This document shows positions 24,050 through 32,170 of a stretch of DNA of 32,789 bases, in pieces. The stretch's first letter is position 1. Each line of letters begins with the position of its first letter. The stretch is taken from positions 1 through 32,789 of the forward strand of contig DASUFM010000700.1 of the NCBI GenBank assembly GCA_036274535.1. Reading direction: 5' to 3'. The stretch comes from Blastocatellia bacterium. Its GTDB lineage: Bacteria > Acidobacteriota > Blastocatellia > RBC074. The position numbers and the translations under genes are program-made. The notes beneath the pieces were generated by a model. It had not been told where the DNA came from and did not search any database. It was given only the letters and a program-made list of their open reading frames with translations.

Positions 24050-24119
24050 GCTTAACTCGCGCGAGGTTTTTTGTTGTTTTGAGTATGGCCTGTTGATAGA
24101 GTTTGTTCGGTTCCGCCAT
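24050..24119 (-). pseudogene. degenerate copy of the sufU 5' end
   Basis: 24081-24119 matches 25792-25830 (the first 13 codons of sufU, including the ATG) at 34/39 nt. 24061-24080 matches 25771-25790 at 15/20, with one 1-nt indel at the junction. Similarity fades below about 24055 and stops at the start codon. Confidence 0.75.
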
Positions 24120-24213
24120 AGTTGTGTGCGCATTTAGCGCGGAAATTATGGGTGATGGTAATTGGATGTGTCCCGCCTATGCGATTGTCAACCGCTCCAG
24201 AAAGGATCATTCA

Positions 24214-25167
24214 ATGTCGACACTTCTTAGGCGCCTGGGCGCCTCCATCGGCTGCCTCTTGTTGCTGTGCTTAACCGGGGCCGCATTGATTAGTCCGGAA
24301 AGCGGAATCGCCCTGAAAAAAGGCCAGCAACTCACAGTCAAAATTCCCGCCAGGCTGCTCAAATATGAAACGGATAGCATCGCAAGCGGGGCGCCGATTT
24401 TTACCGTGAATGTCTCAGTGAGCGGAGAGACGATCAGGGTTGAAGGATATTCCGATTGGCGCCTGCGCGGCTGGCCGATGATGGTCACTCTCTATTACGA
24501 GAAATCCGGTAGGAAGAAAGAGTATACGGAAGTCGAATGCCGGAGCGGCGTGGCTTATGTCAAGCTGCGGTTCTCGCCTGACACTCCCGACGTGAATGCG
24601 GCCTTGCGACAACTCCTCTATGCCGGTTCGGCCGAGATGTTCGAATCCAGCGAGGAATTCAAATCGTTGGCGGAGAAGTTGCTGCCCATAACTTTTCAAG
24701 GCGCGCTTGGGCAAATCACGCGGGATAAGCAACTCCAATTGATGAAAGAACTGAGTTATAACGATAACGGGTTTGGCGTCGAAGAGTTCAAGGGAAAGCA
24801 ATATATCGCTTTTTCAGCGCCCGATACGGCCACTATATTTAACTCCCTTAAAATGAAACAGGCGGCAAGGGCCGCCACGGTCCTTAAAGCGTTCGTCCTG
24901 CCCGGCCTCGATAAAGTCGCCCCGTTTATTACTGACGCCAACGCCATATACGGAATCAAGGTAAGAGCGCGGATTTTCTACGATAATTTTCACTCTAAGA
25001 AGAATCTCCGGCCGCATGCGGAAGTGTTGGAAATCTTCGCTCCTTATGACCTGGTGGAACAGTTTTACAATCACGACATCACCGACCAGAAATTGGTTGA
25101 TGGGTCATTCATAACGGTAGACGGCGCCCGAATCGAAGTCGATCTGTTACAAGCCGCTCGACTCTGA
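24214..25167 (+). CDS. hypothetical secreted protein (no recognisable domain)
   Basis: I chose ATG 24214 (AAAGGA upstream), giving the signal peptide MSTLLRRLGASIGCLLLLCLTGAALIS. Composition is visibly AT-richer than in the flanking genes. Confidence 0.6.
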   Translation: MSTLLRRLGASIGCLLLLCLTGAALISPESGIALKKGQQLTVKIPARLLKYETDSIASGAPIFTVNVSVSGETIRVEGYSDWRLRGWPMMVTLYYEKSGRKKEYTEVECRSGVAYVKLRFSPDTPDVNAALRQLLYAGSAEMFESSEEFKSLAEKLLPITFQGALGQITRDKQLQLMKELSYNDNGFGVEEFKGKQYIAFSAPDTATIFNSLKMKQAARAATVLKAFVLPGLDKVAPFITDANAIYGIKVRARIFYDNFHSKKNLRPHAEVLEIFAPYDLVEQFYNHDITDQKLVDGSFITVDGARIEVDLLQAARL

Positions 25168-25246
25168 AGAACAGCTACTTGCGCTTGCCGGAAGGTCGCG
25201 ACGCGATCATGCGAGCGGCGTTTTCAATGCGGCGCATGATAAAGAC

Positions 25247-25332
25247 ATTAAACCGCAAAGGCCGCAGAGGTACGCAGAGAAAGATCAGTCTTGACCATTC
25301 TCTGCGTACTTCTGCGGCCTTTGCGGTTTAAT
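25247..25332. repeat. 35-bp-arm near-perfect palindrome between convergent genes
   Basis: ATTAAACCGCAAAGGCCGCAGAGGTACGCAGAGAA (25247-25281), 16-nt loop, TTCTCTGCGTACTTCTGCGGCCTTTGCGGTTTAAT (25298-25332). There is a single mismatch, which becomes G-U in plus-strand RNA. Confidence 0.95.
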
Positions 25333-25347
25333 TATCTGAAAAGCCTG

Positions 25348-25830
25348 TCAATCCTGTCTGTGTTCGACTTCCGTGCTGACTGATTCGCCGCGGCTTTCGC
25401 CCTTTTGCTCTATGGCCGCGCGCAGGGTATGCCAGGAAAGGCTTGCGCATTTGACGCGGGCGGGGTATTCGCGCACGCCGGCGAAGATTTTCAAACGGCC
25501 CAGATGGTTCTGTTCGGTTTCGGCGTCAAGGTCGCCTTTGACCATCCTGTGAAATTCCTCGAACATCACTTCGGCTTCTTCTTTGGTTTTGCCTTTGACG
25601 GCTGTGGTCATCATCGATGCCGAGGCTTTCGAGATCGCGCAGCCTGATCCCTGGAAGCCGACATCCTTGATCAAGTCGCCCTCCATTTGCAGGTAGAGCG
25701 TAATCTGGTCGCCGCAGAGAGGGTTGTAGCCCTCCTGCTCGCGGTTGGCTGTTTCGAGCCGCTTGTAGTTGCGGGGCTTCTTGTTGTGGTCGAGGATGAC
25801 CTGTTGATAGAGTTCGTTCAGTTCCGACAT
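25348..25830 (-). CDS. sufU: SUF system NifU-family Fe-S assembly protein
   Basis: LYQQVILDHNKKPRN, NPLCGD, GSGCAISKASASMM and ARVKCASLSW. It follows sufS by 2 nt. Confidence 0.9.
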   Translation of the reverse strand: MSELNELYQQVILDHNKKPRNYKRLETANREQEGYNPLCGDQITLYLQMEGDLIKDVGFQGSGCAISKASASMMTTAVKGKTKEEAEVMFEEFHRMVKGDLDAETEQNHLGRLKIFAGVREYPARVKCASLSWHTLRAAIEQKGESRGESVSTEVEHRQD

Positions 25831-25832
25831 CG

Positions 25833-27098
25833 CTATGCAAATACCTCAATCGTTTTCTGAATTCCGGCGGCCAGAGCGTCGATTTCCTCTTTCGTGTTGT
25901 AGAAAGCGAACGAGGCGCGCGCGGTCGCGGGAACGTCGAAGCGTTTCATCACCGGTTGCGCGCAATGATGGCCGGCGCGAACCGCGACGCCTTCCTGGTC
26001 CAGGACCGTGCCGATGTCGTGCGGGTGTATGTTTTCGACCGTGAACGACAGCACGCTCGCTTTCTCTCGGGCCGTTCCGATGATCCTGACGCCGGGGATC
26101 GCTCCGATTACCTCAGTCGCGTAATCGAGCAGTTCGCGTTCGTAAGCGGCGATGCGGTCGAGGCCGACGCTGTTCAGGTAATCGACCGCCGCGCCGAGCC
26201 CGATGGCGCCTTCGATGTTCGGCGTTCCGGCTTCGAATTTGTAGGGCAGCGTGTTGTAAGTCGTCTTCTCGAAAGTCACCGACGCGATCATGTCGCCGCC
26301 GCCCATCACCGGAGGCATCGATTCGAGCCAGTGGCTCTTGCCGTAAAGAACGCCGATGCCCGTGGGGCCACACATCTTGTGCCCGGAGAATGCGTAGAAG
26401 TCACAGTCCAGGTCTCGCACGTCGACTTTCAGGTGCGGCGCGGCCTGCGCCCCGTCCAGCAGGACCGGGATGTCCTGGCTGTGCGCCAGCTCGATGATCC
26501 GGTTGACCGGATTGACCGTGCCGAGCGCGTTCGAGATGTGCGTGACCGCGACCATTTTGACGCGCCTGTTGAGCATCCGCGCGAACTCATCGATCATCAA
26601 TTCGCCGTTGTCATCAATTGGAATCACGCGCAGTTTCGCCCGGTTCGCCTCGCAGAGCATCTGCCACGGCACGATGTTCGAGTGGTGCTCCATCGTGGAG
26701 ATGATGATCTCGTCGCCTTCGTGCACGAATTTGCGGCCGTAACTCTGCGCGACCAGGTTGACGCTTTCGGTTGTCCCTCGCGTGTAAATGACCTCATGAG
26801 TCTCGGCCGCGTTGATGAACCGCTGAATCCTGACTCTGGCGTCTTCATATTCGCGCGTCGCCAGCTGGCTCAGATAATGCACGCCGCGATGGACATTGGC
26901 GTTCTGCGAGGCGTAATAATTCGTGATCGCGTCGATTACGGCCTGCGGTTTCTGCGAGGTCGCGGCGCTGTCCAGATAGACCAATGGCCGTCCGTGGACT
27001 CGCTCCCTGAGGATCGGAAAATCCTTGCGGATTCGATCGACATCGAAATGATTTGTCGGCCTCTCCTGCGCGTTAACTTCTTCAAGCGCGGCTCGCAT
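25833..27098 (-). CDS. sufS: cysteine desulfurase, SufS type
   Basis: SGHKMCGPTGIGVLYG (PLP Lys) and RAGHHCAQP (active-site Cys). I prefer ATG 27098, or GTG 27101. The ORF-track TTG 27110 abuts the GGAGG, so it is unlikely. Confidence 0.9.
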   Translation of the reverse strand: MRAALEEVNAQERPTNHFDVDRIRKDFPILRERVHGRPLVYLDSAATSQKPQAVIDAITNYYASQNANVHRGVHYLSQLATREYEDARVRIQRFINAAETHEVIYTRGTTESVNLVAQSYGRKFVHEGDEIIISTMEHHSNIVPWQMLCEANRAKLRVIPIDDNGELMIDEFARMLNRRVKMVAVTHISNALGTVNPVNRIIELAHSQDIPVLLDGAQAAPHLKVDVRDLDCDFYAFSGHKMCGPTGIGVLYGKSHWLESMPPVMGGGDMIASVTFEKTTYNTLPYKFEAGTPNIEGAIGLGAAVDYLNSVGLDRIAAYERELLDYATEVIGAIPGVRIIGTAREKASVLSFTVENIHPHDIGTVLDQEGVAVRAGHHCAQPVMKRFDVPATARASFAFYNTKEEIDALAAGIQKTIEVFA

Positions 27099-27102
27099 CA
27101 CT

Positions 27103-28455
27103 CTATTCAACCTCCAGACTCTGGTGTAACTTGTCTAAGACCACTCGTTCCAAGTGGCGCCTCGCCGATTTCAATTTGATCCTGCTGATCACGTCCTCGG
27201 CGAAGCCGTAAGTCAGCAGCGCCCGCGCGCGTTCCGTAGTGATCCCGCGCGCGGCCAGATAAAACAACTCTTCATCTTCCAATTGTCCCACCGTGGCGCC
27301 ATGGGCGCATTTTACGTCGTCGGCGAAAATCTCCAGCTGCGGCTTCGTATCGACGTGGGCGTCCGAAGACAGCAGCAGGTTTTTATTCAACTGGCGGGCG
27401 TCGGTCAGCAGCGCCCCTTCGCGCACGAAAACCTTGCCGTTGAATACCGCGCGCGAACTTCCGTCCAGAATGCCCTTGTATAGCTGATGGCTGACGGAAT
27501 GCGGCTTCTGGTGATCGATCGAGGTGTGGCTGTCGGTGTGCTGCTCGCCCGTGACCACGTAAAGACCGTCAATCGTCGTCTCTATATACTCGTCGCTCAG
27601 CGCGACATTCAGATCGTGCCGCGCTATGCGGGCGCCGAGCGATATGGCGTAAGACGCGTAGTTGCTCTCGCGCTCCTGATAGACCTGCGTCGTGGCGATG
27701 TGAAACGCGCGCGCGCTCTCCTCCTGCAAACGGTAATGGGTGACGACCGCGCCTTCCTTCGCGACGACTTCGGTCACGGCGTTTGTGAAATAGACTCCAT
27801 CGCCCGTCGAAACGTAACTCTCGATGACCGTGGCGATCGCGCCCGCCCCCGCGGCTATCAACACGCGCGGATGCGACGCGACCGGCTCTTCCGTCGTCGA
27901 AATGAAGAGCAGGTGGATCGGCGCCTCGACGACCTTTCCGCCCGGGACATAGACGAACGCGCCGTCGCCGACGCTCGCGGTGTTGAGCGCGGTGAAACTT
28001 GCTTCCCGGTAATCTGCGTAAGACGCCAGATGATCGCGCGCGACGGCCGCGTATTCGCTCGGGATTTCGGCCAGATTGCCGGCGACAACGCCTTTTGAAA
28101 CCGCGGTCAGATTTGAAAGCTCTCGCGAGAACGCTCCGTTGACGAAAACCAACTGGCTCTCGCGCGACTCCTCGAATGTGAACGGCCCGATGTCGCGCGC
28201 CGCCAATTTCTTCAGACCGCTCGATTCGGCGGCGCCGCGGCTTAAGGACTCGCGGTACGGGACTTTCAGAACCTGCGCGACGTTCGTGTATTTCCACTCC
28301 TCATCGCGCGTAGTCGGGAAATCGAGCGCTTCAAAAGCCGCGCCCGCTTTTGCGCGCAGATTCGCCAGCCACGCCGGGTCTCGACCTTCGCGCGCCTGAG
28401 CAAGCAGTTTATACGCCGAAAAAATGTTGTCTTTCTCTTTGACGACCTGAGTCAT
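27103..28455 (-). CDS. sufD: Fe-S cluster assembly protein SufD
   Basis: 450 aa with a SufBD beta-helix C-terminal block (PQLEIFADDVKCAHGATVGQLEDEELFYLAARGI). Positioned between sufC and sufS. Confidence 0.9.
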   Translation of the reverse strand: MTQVVKEKDNIFSAYKLLAQAREGRDPAWLANLRAKAGAAFEALDFPTTRDEEWKYTNVAQVLKVPYRESLSRGAAESSGLKKLAARDIGPFTFEESRESQLVFVNGAFSRELSNLTAVSKGVVAGNLAEIPSEYAAVARDHLASYADYREASFTALNTASVGDGAFVYVPGGKVVEAPIHLLFISTTEEPVASHPRVLIAAGAGAIATVIESYVSTGDGVYFTNAVTEVVAKEGAVVTHYRLQEESARAFHIATTQVYQERESNYASYAISLGARIARHDLNVALSDEYIETTIDGLYVVTGEQHTDSHTSIDHQKPHSVSHQLYKGILDGSSRAVFNGKVFVREGALLTDARQLNKNLLLSSDAHVDTKPQLEIFADDVKCAHGATVGQLEDEELFYLAARGITTERARALLTYGFAEDVISRIKLKSARRHLERVVLDKLHQSLEVE

Positions 28456-28510
28456 TTTAAGCAGTCGGAAAAATATATTGCGATAGATTCAACAGTCCAT
28501 ATGCCATATC

Positions 28511-28539
28511 TCATATTTCATACGGCGTATGAAATATGA
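28511..28539. repeat. AT-rich perfect 13-bp-arm palindrome abutting the sufC stop
   Basis: TCATATTTCATAC, loop GGC, GTATGAAATATGA. It ends 1 nt from the sufC stop codon (28540-28542), within the 84-nt sufC-sufD spacer. Confidence 0.9.
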
Positions 28540-29295
28540 TTATGCCGCGACGCTCGCGCTCTTGATCCAATCGTACCCCTTCTCTTCCAACTCGAGCGCC
28601 AGTTCCTTGCCTCCGGATTTGACGATCCGGCCGCGATAGAGCACGTGTACGAAATGCGGCTCGATGTAATTGAGCAGCCGCTGATAGTGTGTAACCAGAA
28701 TGATCGCGTTGTCTTTGTTCGCCAGTTTGTTGACGCCGCCGGCGACGATGCGCAGCGCGTCTATGTCCAGGCCGGAATCGGTCTCGTCCAGCACGGCCAG
28801 CTTCGGTTCGAGCACGGCCATCTGCAGGATCTCGTTGCGCTTCTTTTCTCCGCCGGAGAACCCTTCATTGACGGAGCGGTTGATGAAACTCGCGTCCATC
28901 TCGACGACCTTCATCTTCTCGCGCAGCAGGTCGTCGAATTCCAGCGGGTCGAGCTCGTCGCGCCCTTCGTATTTCGCCTTTTCGTTGTATGCCATACGCA
29001 GGAAGTTGGCGTTGCTCACTCCGGGAATTTCGATCGGATATTGAAAGGCCAGGAAGACGCCGAGGCGCGCCCGCTCGTCAGGGGCGATCTCCAGCAGGTT
29101 TCGTCCATCGTAGATCACTTCTCCTCCGGTGATCTCGTAGGACGGATGGCCCGCCAGCGCCTTCGCCAGCGTGCTTTTGCCGGAACCGTTCGGCCCCATG
29201 ATCGCGTGGATCTCTCCCGCTTTGACCGTCAGGTTCAGCCCCTTCAAAATTTCCTTGCCGTCAATCGCGGCATGTAAATTACGAATCTCCAGCAC
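28540..29295 (-). CDS. sufC: Fe-S cluster assembly ATPase SufC
   Basis: Walker [10 protein letters not shown], signature FSGGEKKR, Walker [14 protein letters not shown] prefer GTG 29295 (MLEIRNLH, GAGGAGAG 7 nt upstream) over the ORF-track TTG 29301. Confidence 0.9.
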   Translation of the reverse strand: MLEIRNLHAAIDGKEILKGLNLTVKAGEIHAIMGPNGSGKSTLAKALAGHPSYEITGGEVIYDGRNLLEIAPDERARLGVFLAFQYPIEIPGVSNANFLRMAYNEKAKYEGRDELDPLEFDDLLREKMKVVEMDASFINRSVNEGFSGGEKKRNEILQMAVLEPKLAVLDETDSGLDIDALRIVAGGVNKLANKDNAIILVTHYQRLLNYIEPHFVHVLYRGRIVKSGGKELALELEEKGYDWIKSASVAA

Positions 29296-29319
29296 TATCA
29301 AACTCTCCTCGGAAAATCT

Positions 29320-29407
29320 GTTCGTAGTCCCGCCTTCAGGCGGAATCTTCAGGTAAAGATCAATTCCGTGAATCCAAACTATTCCGCCTGAAGGCGGGGC
29401 TACGAAC
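29320..29407. repeat. REPIN-like inverted doublet of GTAG-containing REP units
   Basis: GTTCGTAGTCCCGCCTTCAGGCGGAAT (29320-29346) and ATTCCGCCTGAAGGCGGGGCTACGAAC (29381-29407) are inverted copies (26/27 match) separated by 34 nt. Each unit is GTAG plus its own small hairpin CCGCC-TTCA-GGCGG. Confidence 0.85.
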
Positions 29408-29413
29408 CTTTTA

Positions 29414-29851
29414 TCAATCTATAATTTCGACGATCACTTCTATCTCGACCGGGATGCCGTTCGGCAGCGATCCCATTCCGACCGCCGACCGCGCGTGCCG
29501 GCCGTTTTCGCCGAACGCCTCGATAAACAGGTCCGAGCATCCGTTGATTACAAAAGGCTGATCCTCGAAATCAGATGTCGCATTGACCATCCCCAGCACC
29601 TTGACTACGCGCTTGACGCGCCGCAGCGTGCCCAGTTCCTGCTTCATCACGGCCAGCAGTATCAATCCCGTCTCTCGCGCGAACTGGTAAGCCTGCTCTT
29701 TAGTGAATTCAATGCCTACCTTGCCTTTCGCGTTCGCGCCTTTGCCCGCCAGATACAACAGGTTCCCCGTGCGTACGGCGTGAACGTAATTGCCGCCGGG
29801 TTTAGGAACCGGCGGCAGCTTTTCCTCAATCTCCGATAATCTGTCCGACAT
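29414..29851 (-). CDS. RidA/YjgF/Endoribonuclease L-PSP family protein
   Basis: I chose ATG 29851 (GAGG 7 nt upstream). [10 protein letters not shown]..., and [25 protein letters not shown] is a typical family C-terminus. Confidence 0.8.
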   Translation of the reverse strand: MSDRLSEIEEKLPPVPKPGGNYVHAVRTGNLLYLAGKGANAKGKVGIEFTKEQAYQFARETGLILLAVMKQELGTLRRVKRVVKVLGMVNATSDFEDQPFVINGCSDLFIEAFGENGRHARSAVGMGSLPNGIPVEIEVIVEIID

Positions 29852-29987
29852 AAGCAACCTCGCTCTTCTCCTGATCTCAAGCCGCCTGAGCGCGATCAGG
29901 TCTTAATAATTTGATCAATGCAATCGCCGAATCGAACCGACTATGGTCGGAAAATCGCCATGCATCGCCTTGAACTCCCAATCCAGC

Positions 29988-31421
29988 TTATCCGACGCTG
30001 CCTTCGAGTTTCAATCCGAGCAGCCGCGTCGCTTCGACCGCGAATTCCATCGGAAGTTCGCGGAAGACCTCTTTACAGAATCCGTTGATGATCATCGAGA
30101 CCGCGTCTTCGGTCGAAACGCCGCGCTGGTTGAAATAGAAGATCTGCTCTTCGCTGATCTTCGACGTCGAAGCCTCGTGTTCGATCTTCGCCGAATTATT
30201 GCCGACCTCTATGTAAGGGAAGGTGTTCGCGCCGCATCGGCCGCCGATCAGCAGGCTGTCGCACTGCGAATAGTTCCGCGCGTCCTCGGCCTTCGGCAGT
30301 ATCTTCACCAGGCCGCGATAGCTGTTGTTCGAATGCCCGGCCGAAATGCCTTTGGAAATGATCCGGCTGCGGGTGTTTCTGCCCATGTGGATCATCTTCG
30401 TTCCGGTGTCGGCCTGTTGCCTGTGATTCGTCAGCGCGACCGAATAGAACTCGCCGATCGAGTTGTCGCCCTGCAGAATGCAGCTCGGATATTTCCACGT
30501 GATCGCCGAGCCGGTTTCCACCTGCGTCCACGAAATTTTTGAGTTGACGCCGGCGCATTTGCCGCGCTTGGTGACGAAGTTATAGATGCCTCCTCGCCCT
30601 TCTTCATCGCCCGCGTACCAGTTCTGCACGGTCGAGTATTTGATCTCCGCGTTGTCCAGCGCGACGAGTTCGACGACGGCCGCATGTAGTTGATTCTTAT
30701 CGAATTTTGGGGCTGTACAGCCCTCGAGATATGAGACGTAGCTGCCTTCTTCAGCGACGATCAGCGTCCGTTCGAACTGTCCCGACTCCGAGTTGTTGAT
30801 GCGGAAATATGACGACAGCTCCATCGGACAGCGCACGCCTTTCGGGATGTAACAGAACGAGCCGTCGGAAAAGACCGCCGAGTTCAACGCCGCGAAAAAG
30901 TTGTCGGTGTGGGGAACCACCGATCCGATATATTTCCTGACCAGTTCCGGGTAATCGCGCACGGCTTCCGAAAACGAGCAGAAGATCACTCCTTCTTTGG
31001 CCAGTTTTTCCTTAAAGGTCGTCGCCACCGAAACGCTGTCGAAGATCGCGTCGACGGCCACGTTGGCCAGCAGTTTCTGTTCGTGGAGCGGAATGCCGAG
31101 CTTCTCGAAAGTGTCCAGCAACTGCGGATCGACTTCGTCGAGGCTCTGTTTCTTCTCTTTCTGCTTCGGCGCCGAGTAATAGATGATGTCCTGATAATCT
31201 ATCTTCGGATAATGGACGTTGGCCCAGACAGGCTCCTGCATCTTCAGCCAGTGACGATAGGCCTTCAGACGCCATTCCAGCATCCACTCCGGCTCGTTCT
31301 TCTTCTCCGAAATCAGGCGGACGACATCTTCGTTCAAGCCCCGCGGAATGACTTCAGACTCGATCTCGGTGACGAATCCGTATTTGTATTTCTGATTTGC
31401 AATTGCTTCGATTGCGCTCAT
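29988..31421 (-). CDS. sufB: Fe-S cluster assembly protein SufB
   Basis: 477 aa. KYKYGF, the SufB core ([26 protein letters not shown]) and the C-terminus [17 protein letters not shown]. Confidence 0.95.
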   Translation of the reverse strand: MSAIEAIANQKYKYGFVTEIESEVIPRGLNEDVVRLISEKKNEPEWMLEWRLKAYRHWLKMQEPVWANVHYPKIDYQDIIYYSAPKQKEKKQSLDEVDPQLLDTFEKLGIPLHEQKLLANVAVDAIFDSVSVATTFKEKLAKEGVIFCSFSEAVRDYPELVRKYIGSVVPHTDNFFAALNSAVFSDGSFCYIPKGVRCPMELSSYFRINNSESGQFERTLIVAEEGSYVSYLEGCTAPKFDKNQLHAAVVELVALDNAEIKYSTVQNWYAGDEEGRGGIYNFVTKRGKCAGVNSKISWTQVETGSAITWKYPSCILQGDNSIGEFYSVALTNHRQQADTGTKMIHMGRNTRSRIISKGISAGHSNNSYRGLVKILPKAEDARNYSQCDSLLIGGRCGANTFPYIEVGNNSAKIEHEASTSKISEEQIFYFNQRGVSTEDAVSMIINGFCKEVFRELPMEFAVEATRLLGLKLEGSVG

Positions 31422-31493
31422 GTTCTTTCTCTAGTCCTCGCTAAAGATGACTAAATTGTCAGGTTTAATTTGAAAAAAACTTCGGAGAAAAGA

Positions 31494-32006
31494 TCAAGCT
31501 GCGGGGCGCGCCCGCGCAGGTTCCTTGGCGCCGCTTCTGTTGGTGATCTGGACGAATTTTACGTCCACAGTCCCGGTGAGCAGGGTCGCGATCGAAACCC
31601 TGTCGAAAACGCTGTTGACGAAATCGGTGATGCTCGTCCAGACCGGCTTCAACCCGCAATCGCTTTGATGCACGCAGATATCCTGATTCCCGGTGAACTG
31701 CGAGCAGATTTCCTCTTCCGACGGTATTCCGCCCAGCGCGCGCATTACTTCGCCAAGGGATATTTCCCCGGAAGGACGCGTTAAACGATAGCCGCCTTTG
31801 GGACCGCGCACGCTCTCGACAATCCCGCTATGGCTCAACGTCCACAAAATCTTCTCAACATAAGCGACAGAAAGGCCTTCGCGCTCCGCAATGTCACGCA
31901 CGAAGATCGCGCCCGGCTCCAAATTGCCATTGGAGCTGGCCGCCTGCTCGCGCGCGAGCTGCAGTATGCAGCGTAATCCATATTCTTCCTGTGCTGTTAT
32001 CTTCAT
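31494..32006 (-). CDS. Rrf2 family transcriptional regulator (IscR-like, Cys-ligand motif present)
   Basis: Winged-helix EYGLRCILQLA...GLSVAYVEKILWTLSHSGIVESVRGPKGGYRL, then CSQFTGNQDICVHQSDC (three Cys). It is the first gene of the suf cluster. Confidence 0.85.
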   Translation of the reverse strand: MKITAQEEYGLRCILQLAREQAASSNGNLEPGAIFVRDIAEREGLSVAYVEKILWTLSHSGIVESVRGPKGGYRLTRPSGEISLGEVMRALGGIPSEEEICSQFTGNQDICVHQSDCGLKPVWTSITDFVNSVFDRVSIATLLTGTVDVKFVQITNRSGAKEPARARPAA

Positions 32007-32043
32007 GATTGCTAATGGTTATTGCTTCCTGAATTGAAGCCTA

Positions 32044-32087
32044 ATGCTAACACGCGCGCATAAACCTGACAAGACTGTCGGGTTTAT
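32044..32087 (-). promoter_or_regulatory. candidate suf promoter with an overlapping Rrf2-type palindromic operator
   Basis: The minus strand reads TTGTCA-N17-TAGCAT, ending 37 nt before the regulator ATG. The inverted repeat ATAAACCTGAC (32060-32070) / GTCGGGTTTAT (32077-32087), 10/11 match, overlaps the -35. Confidence 0.4.
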
Positions 32088-32170
32088 ATGTCCGGCGGGC
32101 AATCGTGAAGGCCGCCATCGAGTCGGCCGATGTCATTGCGTGTGAATCGGACGGGCGGGGGGCTTGATGG

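Noticed and set aside
25956-27179. 407-aa plus-strand ORF covering almost all of sufS on the opposite strand.
   Set aside because: The sufS reading frame carries the PLP-Lys and active-site Cys motifs. The antisense ORF is Arg/Asp/Val-rich with no motif, so it is a high-GC shadow.
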